Shown in pieces: positions 18,502 through 28,035 of a stretch of 64,000 nucleotides of DNA (its first letter is position 1; every line of letters begins with the position of its first letter). Made by a program: the position numbers and the translations under genes. The stretch spans positions 34,662-98,661 of the forward strand of contig JADYZN010000043.1 of NCBI GenBank assembly GCA_020853095.1, written 5' to 3'. Origin of the DNA: Phycisphaerales bacterium. GTDB lineage: Bacteria; Planctomycetota; Phycisphaerae; Tepidisphaerales; Tepidisphaeraceae. The notes under the pieces are model-generated. The model searched no databases. It was given only the letters and a program-made list of their open reading frames with translations, and was not told the origin of the DNA.

Positions 18502-20229
18502 ATGACAAATACGATTACTTTATTGGATGCCGCGTTTCGCCAGGCGATAGCCGGGGCGTTTGGGTTTGACGCCGATCCGCTCATCGGGCTTAGCCAGAAC
18601 GAGGCGTTTGGGGATTATCAATCCAACGCGGCCATGGGCCTGTCCCGCCAGGTGGCCGAAAAAACCGGGCAGAAAACCAATCCCCGCGCCGTGGCCGAAA
18701 AAATCATCGCCCAGTTGAACCTTGGAGACATGGCCGAACAGGTCTCCATCGCCGGCCCGGGGTTTATCAACGTCCGATTGTCGCCGGCATGGCTGGCCGG
18801 TCAGTTGTCAGCGCGGTCGGCCGATGATCGGATCGGCATCGAGCCGGCCGACCATCCCCGGACGGTCGTGGTGGACTATTCCGGGCCGAACATCGCCAAG
18901 CAGATGCACGTGGGACATCTCCGCAGCACCATCATCGGCGATTGCCTCGCCCGCGTGATCGAATTTCAGCAAAACCACGTCATCCGCCAAAACCACCTGG
19001 GGGACTGGGGAACGCAATTCGGCATGTTGATCGCGTACCTGCGAAGCCAGTCGCACGATGCCGATTCCCAACAAAACATCGCCGACCTGGAGGAATTTTA
19101 CCGGCAGGCCAAAAAGCGGTTTGACGAACAACCGGCCTTCGCCGAAGAAGCCCGCAACACCGTGGTTCAACTTCAGGCCGGCCAAAGCGAAGAACTGGCG
19201 GCGTGGAGGCGGATCGTCGATGAAACCCGGCGGCATTATCAGCCGATCTACGAACGCCTGGGCGTCTCGCTGAAGCCCGAACACGAACGCGGCGAATCGT
19301 TTTACAATCCCATGCTCCAGCAGGTCGTGGAGGATTTGCTCAATCAAGGCATCGCCGTCCGCAGCGAAGGAGCCATCGTCGTCTTCACCGAAGGATTTGA
19401 AAACCCGCTGATCATTCAAAAAAGTGACGGTGGCTATCTATACGGCACCACCGACCTGGCGGCCATCCGCTACCGCACCCAAAAACTGGGGGCCGCGCGG
19501 ATCATCTACACCCACGATTCACGCCAGTCGCAACATTTCGCACAGGTCTTCGCCACCGCCACCAAAGCTGGATGGGCCAATGGGGTCTCGCTCGAATATG
19601 CCCCATTCGGAACCATGCTGGGGGCCGATGGCAAACCCTTCAAAACCCGCAGCGGCGACACCGTCAAACTCAAGGACCTGCTCGATGAAGCCGAGGAACG
19701 CGCCTTCGATCTGGTCAGTCAAAAAAACCCGGACCTCGACGAACCACACCGCCGCCAGATCGCCCGCGCCATCGGCATCGGAGCGGTCAAATACTCGGAC
19801 CTGTCCAAGGATCGCACCAGCGATTACGTCTTCAACTGGGACAAGATGCTTTCCCTGGATGGCAACACCGCTCCGTACCTGCAATATGTCTACGCGCGGA
19901 TCAAATCCATCTTCCGAAAGGCCGGCCAACAGACATCTTCGACGGCCGGGCGGTTGCAACTGGATGCCCCGCAGGAACAGGCATTGGCCAAACACCTGCT
20001 GCGGATCGGCGAAATCATCGAATCCATCACCCGCGAGTTGAAACCGCATCTGCTGTGTATGTATCTGTACGATCTGGCGGTTCGCTTCAGTTCGTTTTAT
20101 GAAAACTGCCCAGTGCTGCAGAGCGAGCCGGAGGTTCGACAGAGCCGGCTGGCCTTGTGTGATCTGACCGCCCGCACGATGGCGCTGGGGTTGGACCTGC
20201 TGGGCATCGATCATCCGGAACAGATGTAG
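18502..20229 (+). CDS. argS: Arginine--tRNA ligase
   Basis: 575 aa. HIGH-type motif AKQMHVGHLRS, class I Rossmann core, anticodon-binding C-terminus ending in ...HPEQM as is typical of ArgS. Confidence 0.95.
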   Translation: MTNTITLLDAAFRQAIAGAFGFDADPLIGLSQNEAFGDYQSNAAMGLSRQVAEKTGQKTNPRAVAEKIIAQLNLGDMAEQVSIAGPGFINVRLSPAWLAGQLSARSADDRIGIEPADHPRTVVVDYSGPNIAKQMHVGHLRSTIIGDCLARVIEFQQNHVIRQNHLGDWGTQFGMLIAYLRSQSHDADSQQNIADLEEFYRQAKKRFDEQPAFAEEARNTVVQLQAGQSEELAAWRRIVDETRRHYQPIYERLGVSLKPEHERGESFYNPMLQQVVEDLLNQGIAVRSEGAIVVFTEGFENPLIIQKSDGGYLYGTTDLAAIRYRTQKLGAARIIYTHDSRQSQHFAQVFATATKAGWANGVSLEYAPFGTMLGADGKPFKTRSGDTVKLKDLLDEAEERAFDLVSQKNPDLDEPHRRQIARAIGIGAVKYSDLSKDRTSDYVFNWDKMLSLDGNTAPYLQYVYARIKSIFRKAGQQTSSTAGRLQLDAPQEQALAKHLLRIGEIIESITRELKPHLLCMYLYDLAVRFSSFYENCPVLQSEPEVRQSRLALCDLTARTMALGLDLLGIDHPEQM

Positions 20230-20269
20230 GAGGATGTTCCTCTGCACCTGGCGCGCATGGGAGGATGGA

Positions 20270-21304
20270 TCAAAACTGCCGCAGGAATCGGATATCGTTT
20301 TCCACCAGCAGGCGGATGTTGTTGATTCCGTATTTGCGCATCGCGATGCGCTCGATGCCAAACCCGAACGCCCACCCGCTGTACGCTTCCGGGTCGATGT
20401 TGACGGCCTTCAACACGTTGGGATGAACCATCCCGCATCCGCCCAGCTCGATCCAGCGCTGCTTGTCCTCGAAATAGACATCCACCTCGGCCGAGGGCTC
20501 GGTGAAGGGGAAAAAGCTCGGCCGAAACCGCACCTTGGTGTTCGGCCCGAAATAGGCGTGAACGAATTGGATCACCGTGCTTTTCAGGTCCACCATCGTG
20601 ACGTGCTTGTCCACCACCAGCGCTTCGAGCTGATGAAACATCGACAGGTGCGTGTCATCGTGCGTGTCCGGCCGATAAACCCGCCCCGGTATGACCACCC
20701 GGATCGGCGGACGCTGTTTTTCCATCACGCGAATCTGCACCGTGCTGGTCTGTGTGCGCATCAGCATCTGATTCGATCCGGATGGTTTGTCCGATCCGCC
20801 TCCGGCCGCCTTGGGTGATTGAAGATAAAAATTATCCAGCGGGTCGCGGGCCGGGTGCGACCGCGGGATGTTCAGCGCGATGAAATTGTGAAACTCATCC
20901 TCCACCTCCGGCCCGCTGGCAACCGCAAATCCCATCCGCCCAAACAGTTCCGTCAGCTCGTCGATCACCTTCATCAGGATGTGCCGATGCCCCATCTCCA
21001 CCGCCACCCCCGGCTCGGTGACATCCACCGTCATCCGCCCGCCAGACGAATCGCCGGCCAACTCCTCCTTGCGACGATCATAACCTTCTGTCAATTCCTG
21101 TTTTACGGCATTAACGCGCTGTCCGATGATCGGCTTTTGCTCACGTGGAACCTGCCCCAATAACGACATCAAATCCTTGACCTTCCCCTTGGTCCCCAGA
21201 AATTTAACGCGAAATTGCTCCAGTTGGTCCACATTGGCCACCTGCTTCAATTCGGCGGCGGCCTCTTTAGACAATTGCTCGATCTGCTCCAAAACCTCGG
21301 CCAT
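20270..21304 (-). CDS. pheS: Phenylalanine--tRNA ligase alpha subunit
   Basis: ORF track 376 aa, trimmed to ATG 21304 (AGGAG 6 nt upstream). Class II motifs include FRPSFFPFTEPSAEVDV and GWAFGFGIERIAMRKYGI. No pheT adjacent. Confidence 0.93.
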   Translation of the reverse strand: MAEVLEQIEQLSKEAAAELKQVANVDQLEQFRVKFLGTKGKVKDLMSLLGQVPREQKPIIGQRVNAVKQELTEGYDRRKEELAGDSSGGRMTVDVTEPGVAVEMGHRHILMKVIDELTELFGRMGFAVASGPEVEDEFHNFIALNIPRSHPARDPLDNFYLQSPKAAGGGSDKPSGSNQMLMRTQTSTVQIRVMEKQRPPIRVVIPGRVYRPDTHDDTHLSMFHQLEALVVDKHVTMVDLKSTVIQFVHAYFGPNTKVRFRPSFFPFTEPSAEVDVYFEDKQRWIELGGCGMVHPNVLKAVNIDPEAYSGWAFGFGIERIAMRKYGINNIRLLVENDIRFLRQF

Positions 21305-21406
21305 GCGATTCTCCTGACGCCCGCGGGCGTTTGCTCCACCCATTCTGTCGGTGGCGCATGGCCGGTCAAGTATCCCTTGTGACGAACAGGTTTTCAGCAA
21401 TCGGCC

Positions 21407-22228
21407 TCATACCCTCGCCGGCTGTCTCCATCGCTTCAGGTCCCGATCCGTCAACGAGCCCGGGCCGAAGATGGTCGTGTATTCTTCGCTGCCTTTATGG
21501 TGTTTGGTCTTACCATCCATGTAACAGACACTGAACGCCCGACGGGAGATGTCCGTCTTGTTCACATCCGAGCAGTGCAACAGCCAGTTGTGCAACAACG
21601 TGACCTCGCCTGCTTTAAGTTCCAGGTAAACCACCTTGTCTTTTGGGCAATGCTCGGCCGCCTGATCCTTGGTCAGGAAACCCGAATCGTGGTCGGGGTT
21701 GATCAACCCATTCTTGTGGCTGCCTGGAATAACCTGCACGCATCCATTGCCCACCGTGGCCGGGTCCAGCGCCGTCCAGACCGTCACCAGCGGGTCGCGA
21801 TCCAGAAACTTCCAACGATCCTGGTGCCACGGCAGATAGGTTCCCTTGTGGGCGGGCTTGTTCATAAACATCGCCCGAAAACAGGCGATGGGCGTGTCGC
21901 CATACTGCCGCCGGCAGATGTCCTGAAAAATCGGCCGTTGCATGTATTGCAGGTAAAGCGGGTCAAATTCCAGGTCCTGAATCTTGCGATATTCCAGCGT
22001 CGGCCCCTTGTACCCGCGGGATTGCGTGCCGGCGTCGGCGTAATCGCCGGTCTTGCTGTCGAGCTGCATCAGCATCTTGTCATAATTGACATCCGCCTTT
22101 CCCAGCATGATGTCGTCGATGCGCTGCCGTAATGCGTCTAAATCCTGGTCGCTTAATAACTTACCGAGATTGACGTATCCGTTTTCCTGATAGAACTGCC
22201 ACTGTTGGTCGGTCATTGCATTTGCCAT
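21407..22228 (-). CDS. Phytanoyl-CoA dioxygenase (PhyH) family Fe(II)/2-oxoglutarate oxygenase
   Basis: 273 aa. QFYQENGYV, LPWHQDRW (HxD) and VQVIPGSHKNG (distal His). AGGAG upstream of ATG 22228. Confidence 0.85.
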   Translation of the reverse strand: MANAMTDQQWQFYQENGYVNLGKLLSDQDLDALRQRIDDIMLGKADVNYDKMLMQLDSKTGDYADAGTQSRGYKGPTLEYRKIQDLEFDPLYLQYMQRPIFQDICRRQYGDTPIACFRAMFMNKPAHKGTYLPWHQDRWKFLDRDPLVTVWTALDPATVGNGCVQVIPGSHKNGLINPDHDSGFLTKDQAAEHCPKDKVVYLELKAGEVTLLHNWLLHCSDVNKTDISRRAFSVCYMDGKTKHHKGSEEYTTIFGPGSLTDRDLKRWRQPARV

Positions 22229-22300
22229 TTCATGCTCCTGTTAAAAAGACTGAAATGATCCTAATTCGACTTTTGGGAGCGTGAATGGAAGGTGTGAACT

Positions 22301-23170
22301 TCAGGATGGATATTTTGAACTTGCGGCGTCCCGATATTGCGCGGGGCTGCGGCCGAAATGTTGTCGAAACACACGGCTGAAATAATACGGATCTTCAAAT
22401 CCCACCGCCGCCGCGATGTTTGCCACGGTGAACCGGCCGTCCACCAGCATCTGGGCCGCCCGCTCCATCTTCATCCTCCCCAGATATTTTAACGGGGTCA
22501 CCCCCAGGGTCCGTCCAAAGATGCGGTTGAGATATTGCGGCGAATATCCGCTCCATTTCGCCAGGTCATCGAGCGTGGTGGGGCGGTCGATTCGGTGGTT
22601 CATTTCCTCCAGCACCTGTGCCACCAGCGGGTCGATCGAACATTGCCGAAGCGTGCCCATCGACATGTCATGGCGTAACAATTCCAGGACCACCAGCCGG
22701 CTCCAACTGGACATGGTCAGCATGGTCTGCGCCCAGTCCGGCCGGTCCCATTCACTGATGACCTGATCCAGATACCGGCTCAACCGGCTGTCTTCGCTCA
22801 CGTGACGAACCCGCGGCGGCGGCAACAGCTCAAACACGTTTTGCCCGCCCGGCAGGGTGACTTCCACGTGAATCGATCCGAGCGTGATCGGCTTTGGCGG
22901 ACCATGCGCATGATGCCGCACCGCCGGCGGTACCAGGATCAGATCGCCGCGCCGAAGCGGAAACTCCTGATCCTCCACCACCCAGGTCACCTCCCCCCGT
23001 CGAACAAAAATCAGGTTGTAATCCGGAACCGTGCGGGGTTGGAGGGCATACCCATCCTCGGAAGTCGGACACGAACAGACATTGGTCTTCACCTGCGCGT
23101 GCCCCAGCACAAATTCCAGAAATGGCTGCGTCGCAACGGTGGTGGGCGCGGTCAATTTCACGCGGTCCAT
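22301..23170 (-). CDS. AraC-family transcriptional regulator (cupin sensor + HTH)
   Basis: C-terminal double HTH LDDLAKWSGYSPQYLNRIFGRTLGVTPLKYLGRMKMERAAQML...GFEDPYYFSRVFRQHFGRSPAQYR. N-terminal cupin-like GDLILVPPAVRHH. Start is either ATG 23170 or GTG 23188. Confidence 0.85.
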   Translation of the reverse strand: MDRVKLTAPTTVATQPFLEFVLGHAQVKTNVCSCPTSEDGYALQPRTVPDYNLIFVRRGEVTWVVEDQEFPLRRGDLILVPPAVRHHAHGPPKPITLGSIHVEVTLPGGQNVFELLPPPRVRHVSEDSRLSRYLDQVISEWDRPDWAQTMLTMSSWSRLVVLELLRHDMSMGTLRQCSIDPLVAQVLEEMNHRIDRPTTLDDLAKWSGYSPQYLNRIFGRTLGVTPLKYLGRMKMERAAQMLVDGRFTVANIAAAVGFEDPYYFSRVFRQHFGRSPAQYRDAASSKYPS

Positions 23171-23210
23171 TATATCGCGACAACGCACAGGTCCGCACGG
23201 GGTGCGGGGT

Positions 23211-24380
23211 TTACAGGGGAAGCTGGCGGGCGGTCGCGAGAAACTGGTCGTAATTTTGTTTGATCTCGATCAGCGAATCCCCGCCGAATTTTTCCAGGAA
23301 GGCGCGGGCGATTTCAAACGCGATGACGTTTTCCATCACCACCGAGGCGGCGCTGATGGCGGAGATGTCCGATCGCTCCCAACCCGCTTCGGAGGATTGC
23401 TTGGTGTTCAAATCCACGCTGCGCAATGGTTTGCCAAGGGTGGAGATCGGTTTCATGGCACCGCGCACGACAACCGGCTGGCCGTTGGTCATGCCCCCTT
23501 CGAGGCCGCCGGCGTTGTTGGTCGTGCGGGTAAATCCCAATGTCGCGGCGGACTGCAAATTCGCGTCGAATGCGATTTCGTCGTGGACCTTGGATCCCGG
23601 CTGGCGGGTGGCTTCAAACCCCATGCCGAACTCCACCCCCTTAAACGCCTGAATCCCCACCACCGCCGCCGCGATGCGCGAGTCGAGCCGCCCATCCCAC
23701 GTCATGCAACTGCCCAATCCCACCGGACATCCAAAAACGTGCGTCTCAACCACGCCGCCGGCGGTGTCCTTGTCCTGTTTCATCTGGTTCACAAAACCGC
23801 GCATCGCCTCCGATGCGGCCGGATCGGGGCAATACAAATCGGACTGTTCCCGCAACTCCAGCAATTTGCGCCAATTGTCGGCCGACACCTTTACCTCGGA
23901 CCGTTCCGGCCCGACCGACCGCACAAACCCGAACACCTCGATCCCAAACGCACGCAACAGGCAGCGTGCCAGCGCCCCGGCCGCGACCCGCGCCGCTGTC
24001 TCTCGTGCCGAGGCCCGTTCCAACGTCTCCCGGCAATCGGTGGTCAGCCATTTAATCGAGCCGGCAAGGTCCGCATGGCCCGGGCGGGGGCGATGCAACG
24101 GCGGCGTCGCCTTCAGATCGTCCAGCCGCGAATCTTTGTTGGGAATCAACATCGCGATGGGCGATGCGATGGATTTTCCCATTCGCACGCCGGACAAAAA
24201 GTCCACATGGTCGGTTTCAATCTTCTGGCGTCCGCCACGCCCATATCCGCCCTGACGCCGGCGCAACTCATTGTCAATAAAATCCTTATCGACACTGATA
24301 CCCGCCGGCATCCCTTCCACCAGCGCGATCAACGCCTTGCCGTGCGATTCTCCCGCCGTTCTGTAACTTAACGTGGCCAT
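23211..24380 (-). CDS. aroC: Chorismate synthase
   Basis: MATLSYRTAGESHGKALIALVEGMPAG...GRSSARETAARVAAGA-type motifs. ATG 24380 gives the canonical N-terminus; the ORF track starts at TTG 24395. Confidence 0.95.
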   Translation of the reverse strand: MATLSYRTAGESHGKALIALVEGMPAGISVDKDFIDNELRRRQGGYGRGGRQKIETDHVDFLSGVRMGKSIASPIAMLIPNKDSRLDDLKATPPLHRPRPGHADLAGSIKWLTTDCRETLERASARETAARVAAGALARCLLRAFGIEVFGFVRSVGPERSEVKVSADNWRKLLELREQSDLYCPDPAASEAMRGFVNQMKQDKDTAGGVVETHVFGCPVGLGSCMTWDGRLDSRIAAAVVGIQAFKGVEFGMGFEATRQPGSKVHDEIAFDANLQSAATLGFTRTTNNAGGLEGGMTNGQPVVVRGAMKPISTLGKPLRSVDLNTKQSSEAGWERSDISAISAASVVMENVIAFEIARAFLEKFGGDSLIEIKQNYDQFLATARQLPL

Positions 24381-24396
24381 AGCACTCGCGCTCAAT

Positions 24397-25284
24397 TTAC
24401 AATGCCAGCTCCCGGCCGGTCAGCAACTGATAGGCTTCCAGGTAACGTTTTCGCGTCCCTTGCACCACCTCATCGGGCAATTTTGGCGCCGGCGGCGTCT
24501 TATCCCACGGCTGCGATTCCAGATAATTCCGAACGTACTGCTTGTCAAAACTGGGTTGGTCCTGTCCCGGCTGATAATGGTCGGCCGGCCAGAACCGCGA
24601 AGAATCCGGCGTCAAAACCTCATCAATCAAAATCACCTTTCCATCGGGCAACTGGCCGAATTCAAACTTCGTATCCGCGATGATCACCCCGCGCGACCGG
24701 GCGTATTCCGCCGCCTGCGAATAAAGCGACAACGTCCGATCCTTCAACAGCGCCGACAAATCCCGACCCACCCGTTTGATCATCTCGTCAAAATTGATGT
24801 TGATGTCGTGCCCGGATTCTTCCTTTGTGGAAGGCGTAAAAATCGGCTGGGGCAGTTTGTCGCACTGTTTCAATCCCGCTGGAAGTTTGATCCCGCAGAC
24901 GGTCTGCGTCTTCTGGTATTCCTTCCACCCCGACCCGGCCAGATATCCCCGGACCACGCATTCGATCGGCACCACCTTCGCCTTGCGAACGTACATCGAC
25001 CGCCCGGCCAACTGGTTGGCGTATGGTTTCAATTTGTCAGGATATTGCCTGACATCCGATGCCAGAAGATGATTTTCAAACTGGTTGAATTTTTCAAACC
25101 AGAACAGGCTCAGCGCCGTCAGGATTTTCCCCTTGTCGGGGATCCCATTGGGCATCACCACGTCATAGGCGCTGATCCGGTCCGTGGCGACGATCAACAA
25201 TGCTTCGCCCAGGTCATAAACATCCCGAACCTTTCCCCGGCGAACGGGGAAGGGGAGGTCGCTTTGTAACAGTGGTGTTGCCAT
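24397..25284 (-). CDS. purC: Phosphoribosylaminoimidazole-succinocarboxamide synthase (SAICAR synthase)
   Basis: 295 aa. [29 protein letters not shown] and [10 protein letters not shown] motifs. Confidence 0.95.
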   Translation of the reverse strand: MATPLLQSDLPFPVRRGKVRDVYDLGEALLIVATDRISAYDVVMPNGIPDKGKILTALSLFWFEKFNQFENHLLASDVRQYPDKLKPYANQLAGRSMYVRKAKVVPIECVVRGYLAGSGWKEYQKTQTVCGIKLPAGLKQCDKLPQPIFTPSTKEESGHDININFDEMIKRVGRDLSALLKDRTLSLYSQAAEYARSRGVIIADTKFEFGQLPDGKVILIDEVLTPDSSRFWPADHYQPGQDQPSFDKQYVRNYLESQPWDKTPPAPKLPDEVVQGTRKRYLEAYQLLTGRELAL

Positions 25285-25394
25285 ATACCATAGACTCTAG
25301 ACGCTGATGGGCCTTGTGAAAAGAGCCTGAGAGAGACAGGTCAGAATTGGCCGGGCGTCAAATGGATCAATCCTTCAACCACGGAAACCAACCC

Positions 25395-26414
25395 ATGCGA
25401 TGGATCAATCTTCTGGATATCGGCCTCGAAGGGCGCGGCTGGCATGGAAATGACACCGCCCACCCGTATGACCGCCTGCCGGCAAAGGCCAAATCGCAGG
25501 TGGAGCAGGTGGTATGGGATCTGGCCTGCCATTCCAGCGGGATGTCTGCCCGGTTTGTGACCGATTCCTCCCGTCTTGAACTACGATGGAAGCTCCGTTT
25601 TCCATTGCGTGACATGCTCCACATGGCGAAGGTGGCCGAAACCGGCTTTGATCTGTACGTTCAGCGCGGCGAGGGTCAGGATTTGATCGGGGCCTGCGGC
25701 GCGACGAATCAGTCGGACACCCAGGCCAGCCTCGCGGCCAACCTGTCGCGGGAATCCCGCCATTATCTTGTGCATCTGCCGTTATACAACGGCCCGGAAT
25801 ACGTCCATCTCGGCATCGACGACGATGCGACACTCGAACCGATTCCCCCACGGACCGCTGATCGCCACCCTCCCATTGTGTTCTACGGCACATCCATCAC
25901 CCAGGGGGGCTTCGCTTCCCGTCCGGGGATGAACTACCCCTCGATCCTTTCCCGCAGGTTGAACTGGCCGATTCTCAATCTTGGGTTTGCCGGACAGGGG
26001 CGGATGGATGCACCGATGGCCAATTTTCTGAGCGAATTGCCCGCCCGCGCGTTTGTGATCGATCCGGTTCCCAATCTGTATGACCCGGATGAGGCGGTTC
26101 GCCGCACGGCTCCATTTATCCAAACCCTGCGACGGACCCATCCCACCACGCCCATCATCCTCATGGAAAGCGTGATCCGCACCCTCAGCCACCATTGGCC
26201 CCACTGGCAGCGCCAGGTCACGGTAGCCAATGCTGGCTTTCGCCAGTCTTACGAACAATTACGCCAAGGGGATGCCAACCTCCACTACGTTGAAGGCATT
26301 CGACTCATCGGCGACGACGGCGAGAGGACCGTGGATGGAACCCATCCCACCGATTGGGGTTTCGCGCAGATCGCGGATGTCCTGCTTCCCCTGTTGCGGG
26401 CGACGCCGGCGTAA
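25395..26414 (+). CDS. SGNH/GDSL hydrolase with GxDLY-type N-terminal domain (carbohydrate esterase-like)
   Basis: ETGFDLYV (GxDLY), block I IVFYGTSITQGG with the catalytic Ser, and block V DGTHPTDWG (DxxH). Alternative starts are TTG 25347 and ATG 25362. Confidence 0.85.
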   Translation: MRWINLLDIGLEGRGWHGNDTAHPYDRLPAKAKSQVEQVVWDLACHSSGMSARFVTDSSRLELRWKLRFPLRDMLHMAKVAETGFDLYVQRGEGQDLIGACGATNQSDTQASLAANLSRESRHYLVHLPLYNGPEYVHLGIDDDATLEPIPPRTADRHPPIVFYGTSITQGGFASRPGMNYPSILSRRLNWPILNLGFAGQGRMDAPMANFLSELPARAFVIDPVPNLYDPDEAVRRTAPFIQTLRRTHPTTPIILMESVIRTLSHHWPHWQRQVTVANAGFRQSYEQLRQGDANLHYVEGIRLIGDDGERTVDGTHPTDWGFAQIADVLLPLLRATPA

Positions 26415-26439
26415 AACGGCCGTCCCCTGCGATCGCGAA

Positions 26440-27921
26440 TTATTCCGACTGCTCGATGGCCTTCGTCGCCGGCTGGCTGGCGGGAGGGGTGACACGCAGC
26501 AGGGCGGTGCGGAGTCCGCGCCCTCTTTGCAGCGTGAGGAGGATTCGCTCCTGTCGATTGGCCTGTGATTGCTGGTAGAGTTTCATCAGGTCGCCAAGGT
26601 CGTTGACCGGCTGGTTGTCGATGGCGCGAATGACATCCCCCGCGGCCAGCTCCGCCTTGGCGGCCGGATAGCCGGGGGTGAGCGTGGTGACCACGACCCC
26701 TTTGTCATCTTCCAGCAGGTGTTCGTTGGCGTAGGGGCGGGTGACATCCCGCACGCTCAGGCCCCAGGTTTGCAATTCCATTTCTTCGCCGACGGCCCCT
26801 TCAAGTTTTTCGGTGACCGCCGAGAGCGTCAACATCTGTTCACCGCGTTTGATGAGCAGCGATACGGTGCTTCCGATGGGCAAATCGGCGATGCGCTGGC
26901 GGGCCGGAGCGATTTCTTCGGGGAACCGGACGTTGATCGGCCGGCCGTTGATTTGCAGCAAAATGTCCTGCGTGCGCACGCCCGCTTTTTCCGCCGGCGA
27001 GCCGCGATCGACGCTGTTGATCAGCACCCCGCGGTTGATGTCGATGTCGTAATAGGTTTCCAAATCCTGCAACGGTTTGAGGTCGATCCCCAGATCGCTG
27101 CGGTTGACGTGCCCTTTTTCGCCGGCCGTGGCGGTTTGAAGAATCTCACGGGCCACTTCGCGGGCGGTGTCGATGGGAACCGCGAAGTTGAGATTTTGTC
27201 CGCCGCCGCGGGTGTTGATGCCGACGATCTTTCCGTTCAGGTCCACCAGCGGGCCGCCGCTGTTTCCGGGGTTGATGGGGGTGTCCATCTGAATCCAGTT
27301 GGCGAACTCGCCGGTTTCATATTCGTCGATGGACATTTTGTCAGGATAAAACGTGCGTTCGGTGTTGGAGACGATTCCCAGCGTCATCGTGCGGGCCAGT
27401 CCGAACGGCGTGCCGATGGCCATGACATCCTGGCCCGTCACCAGCGTATCGCTCTCCCCCATTTCGGCATAATTAAACGAGATGTGGCGCTGCCGGATCG
27501 CCTCCATGTCCATCTGGACGACCGCCAGATCGGTCCAGTGGTCATCGCCGATCAATTTGGCGGGGATGCGTTCTTTGTTGAAAAGCGTGACGTAAATCTC
27601 GGCCGCCCGGCCGGCGACGTGGTAATTGGTCAGGATGTGACCTTGTGGATCAATGATCACACCCGATCCAATTCCCCGGCGCAACGTCCGCTTCCCATCG
27701 GCATAAATCACCTGGGCGACATCCAACCTCACCACGGCCGGAAAAATCCGCTCACTCACCCGCACCACCGCCCGCGGCGTGGCGGGTGGGAAAGGCTGCG
27801 TCGTAGCTGCTGATGAAGATTGAGTTTGCGCGCATCCGGCCAAAAGCAGGATTGAAACCACCGACAGGCCGGACCATTTGAAGGCGCACAAAATGGATTG
27901 GAGATTCATTGTGGATAACAT
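26440..27921 (-). CDS. HtrA/DegP-family serine protease with two PDZ domains, probable lipoprotein
   Basis: ORF track 597 aa, trimmed to ATG 27921 (or 27909). Lipobox LLLAGC. Catalytic triad context TNYHV, D..DLAVV, GNSGGPLVDLNGKIVGINT. Two PDZ-like segments follow. Confidence 0.9.
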   Translation of the reverse strand: MLSTMNLQSILCAFKWSGLSVVSILLLAGCAQTQSSSAATTQPFPPATPRAVVRVSERIFPAVVRLDVAQVIYADGKRTLRRGIGSGVIIDPQGHILTNYHVAGRAAEIYVTLFNKERIPAKLIGDDHWTDLAVVQMDMEAIRQRHISFNYAEMGESDTLVTGQDVMAIGTPFGLARTMTLGIVSNTERTFYPDKMSIDEYETGEFANWIQMDTPINPGNSGGPLVDLNGKIVGINTRGGGQNLNFAVPIDTAREVAREILQTATAGEKGHVNRSDLGIDLKPLQDLETYYDIDINRGVLINSVDRGSPAEKAGVRTQDILLQINGRPINVRFPEEIAPARQRIADLPIGSTVSLLIKRGEQMLTLSAVTEKLEGAVGEEMELQTWGLSVRDVTRPYANEHLLEDDKGVVVTTLTPGYPAAKAELAAGDVIRAIDNQPVNDLGDLMKLYQQSQANRQERILLTLQRGRGLRTALLRVTPPASQPATKAIEQSE

Positions 27922-28035
27922 GCGCGAATCGTGTTGAAGGGGCAATGGCCGGTTGGAGAAATCCCGCCCGGCCGATACCATCCCGCCGCCGGTTTTTACG
28001 CGCCAAAATTGTAAGTTGTTGTACCGAGGTGATTT

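Noticed and set aside
23031-24371. 446-aa plus-strand ORF overlapping aroC
   Set aside because: It is antisense to an unmistakable chorismate synthase and has the Arg/Gly/Pro/His-rich composition typical of shadow ORFs in GC-rich DNA. The same reasoning rejects 26569-27813 (antisense to htrA), 61598-62452 and 62623-63282 (antisense to dnaK), 44095-45075, 15386-16261, 19519-20361, 51962-52849, 31233-31841 and the many other overlapping frames in the track.
27951-27995. Possible third, degenerate copy of the 69-nt element
   Set aside because: Only TGGAG and CCGCCGCC(G)GTTTTT are shared. The hairpin partners and the GGCGTCGC/GCGACGCC stem are missing, so I did not annotate it as a copy.
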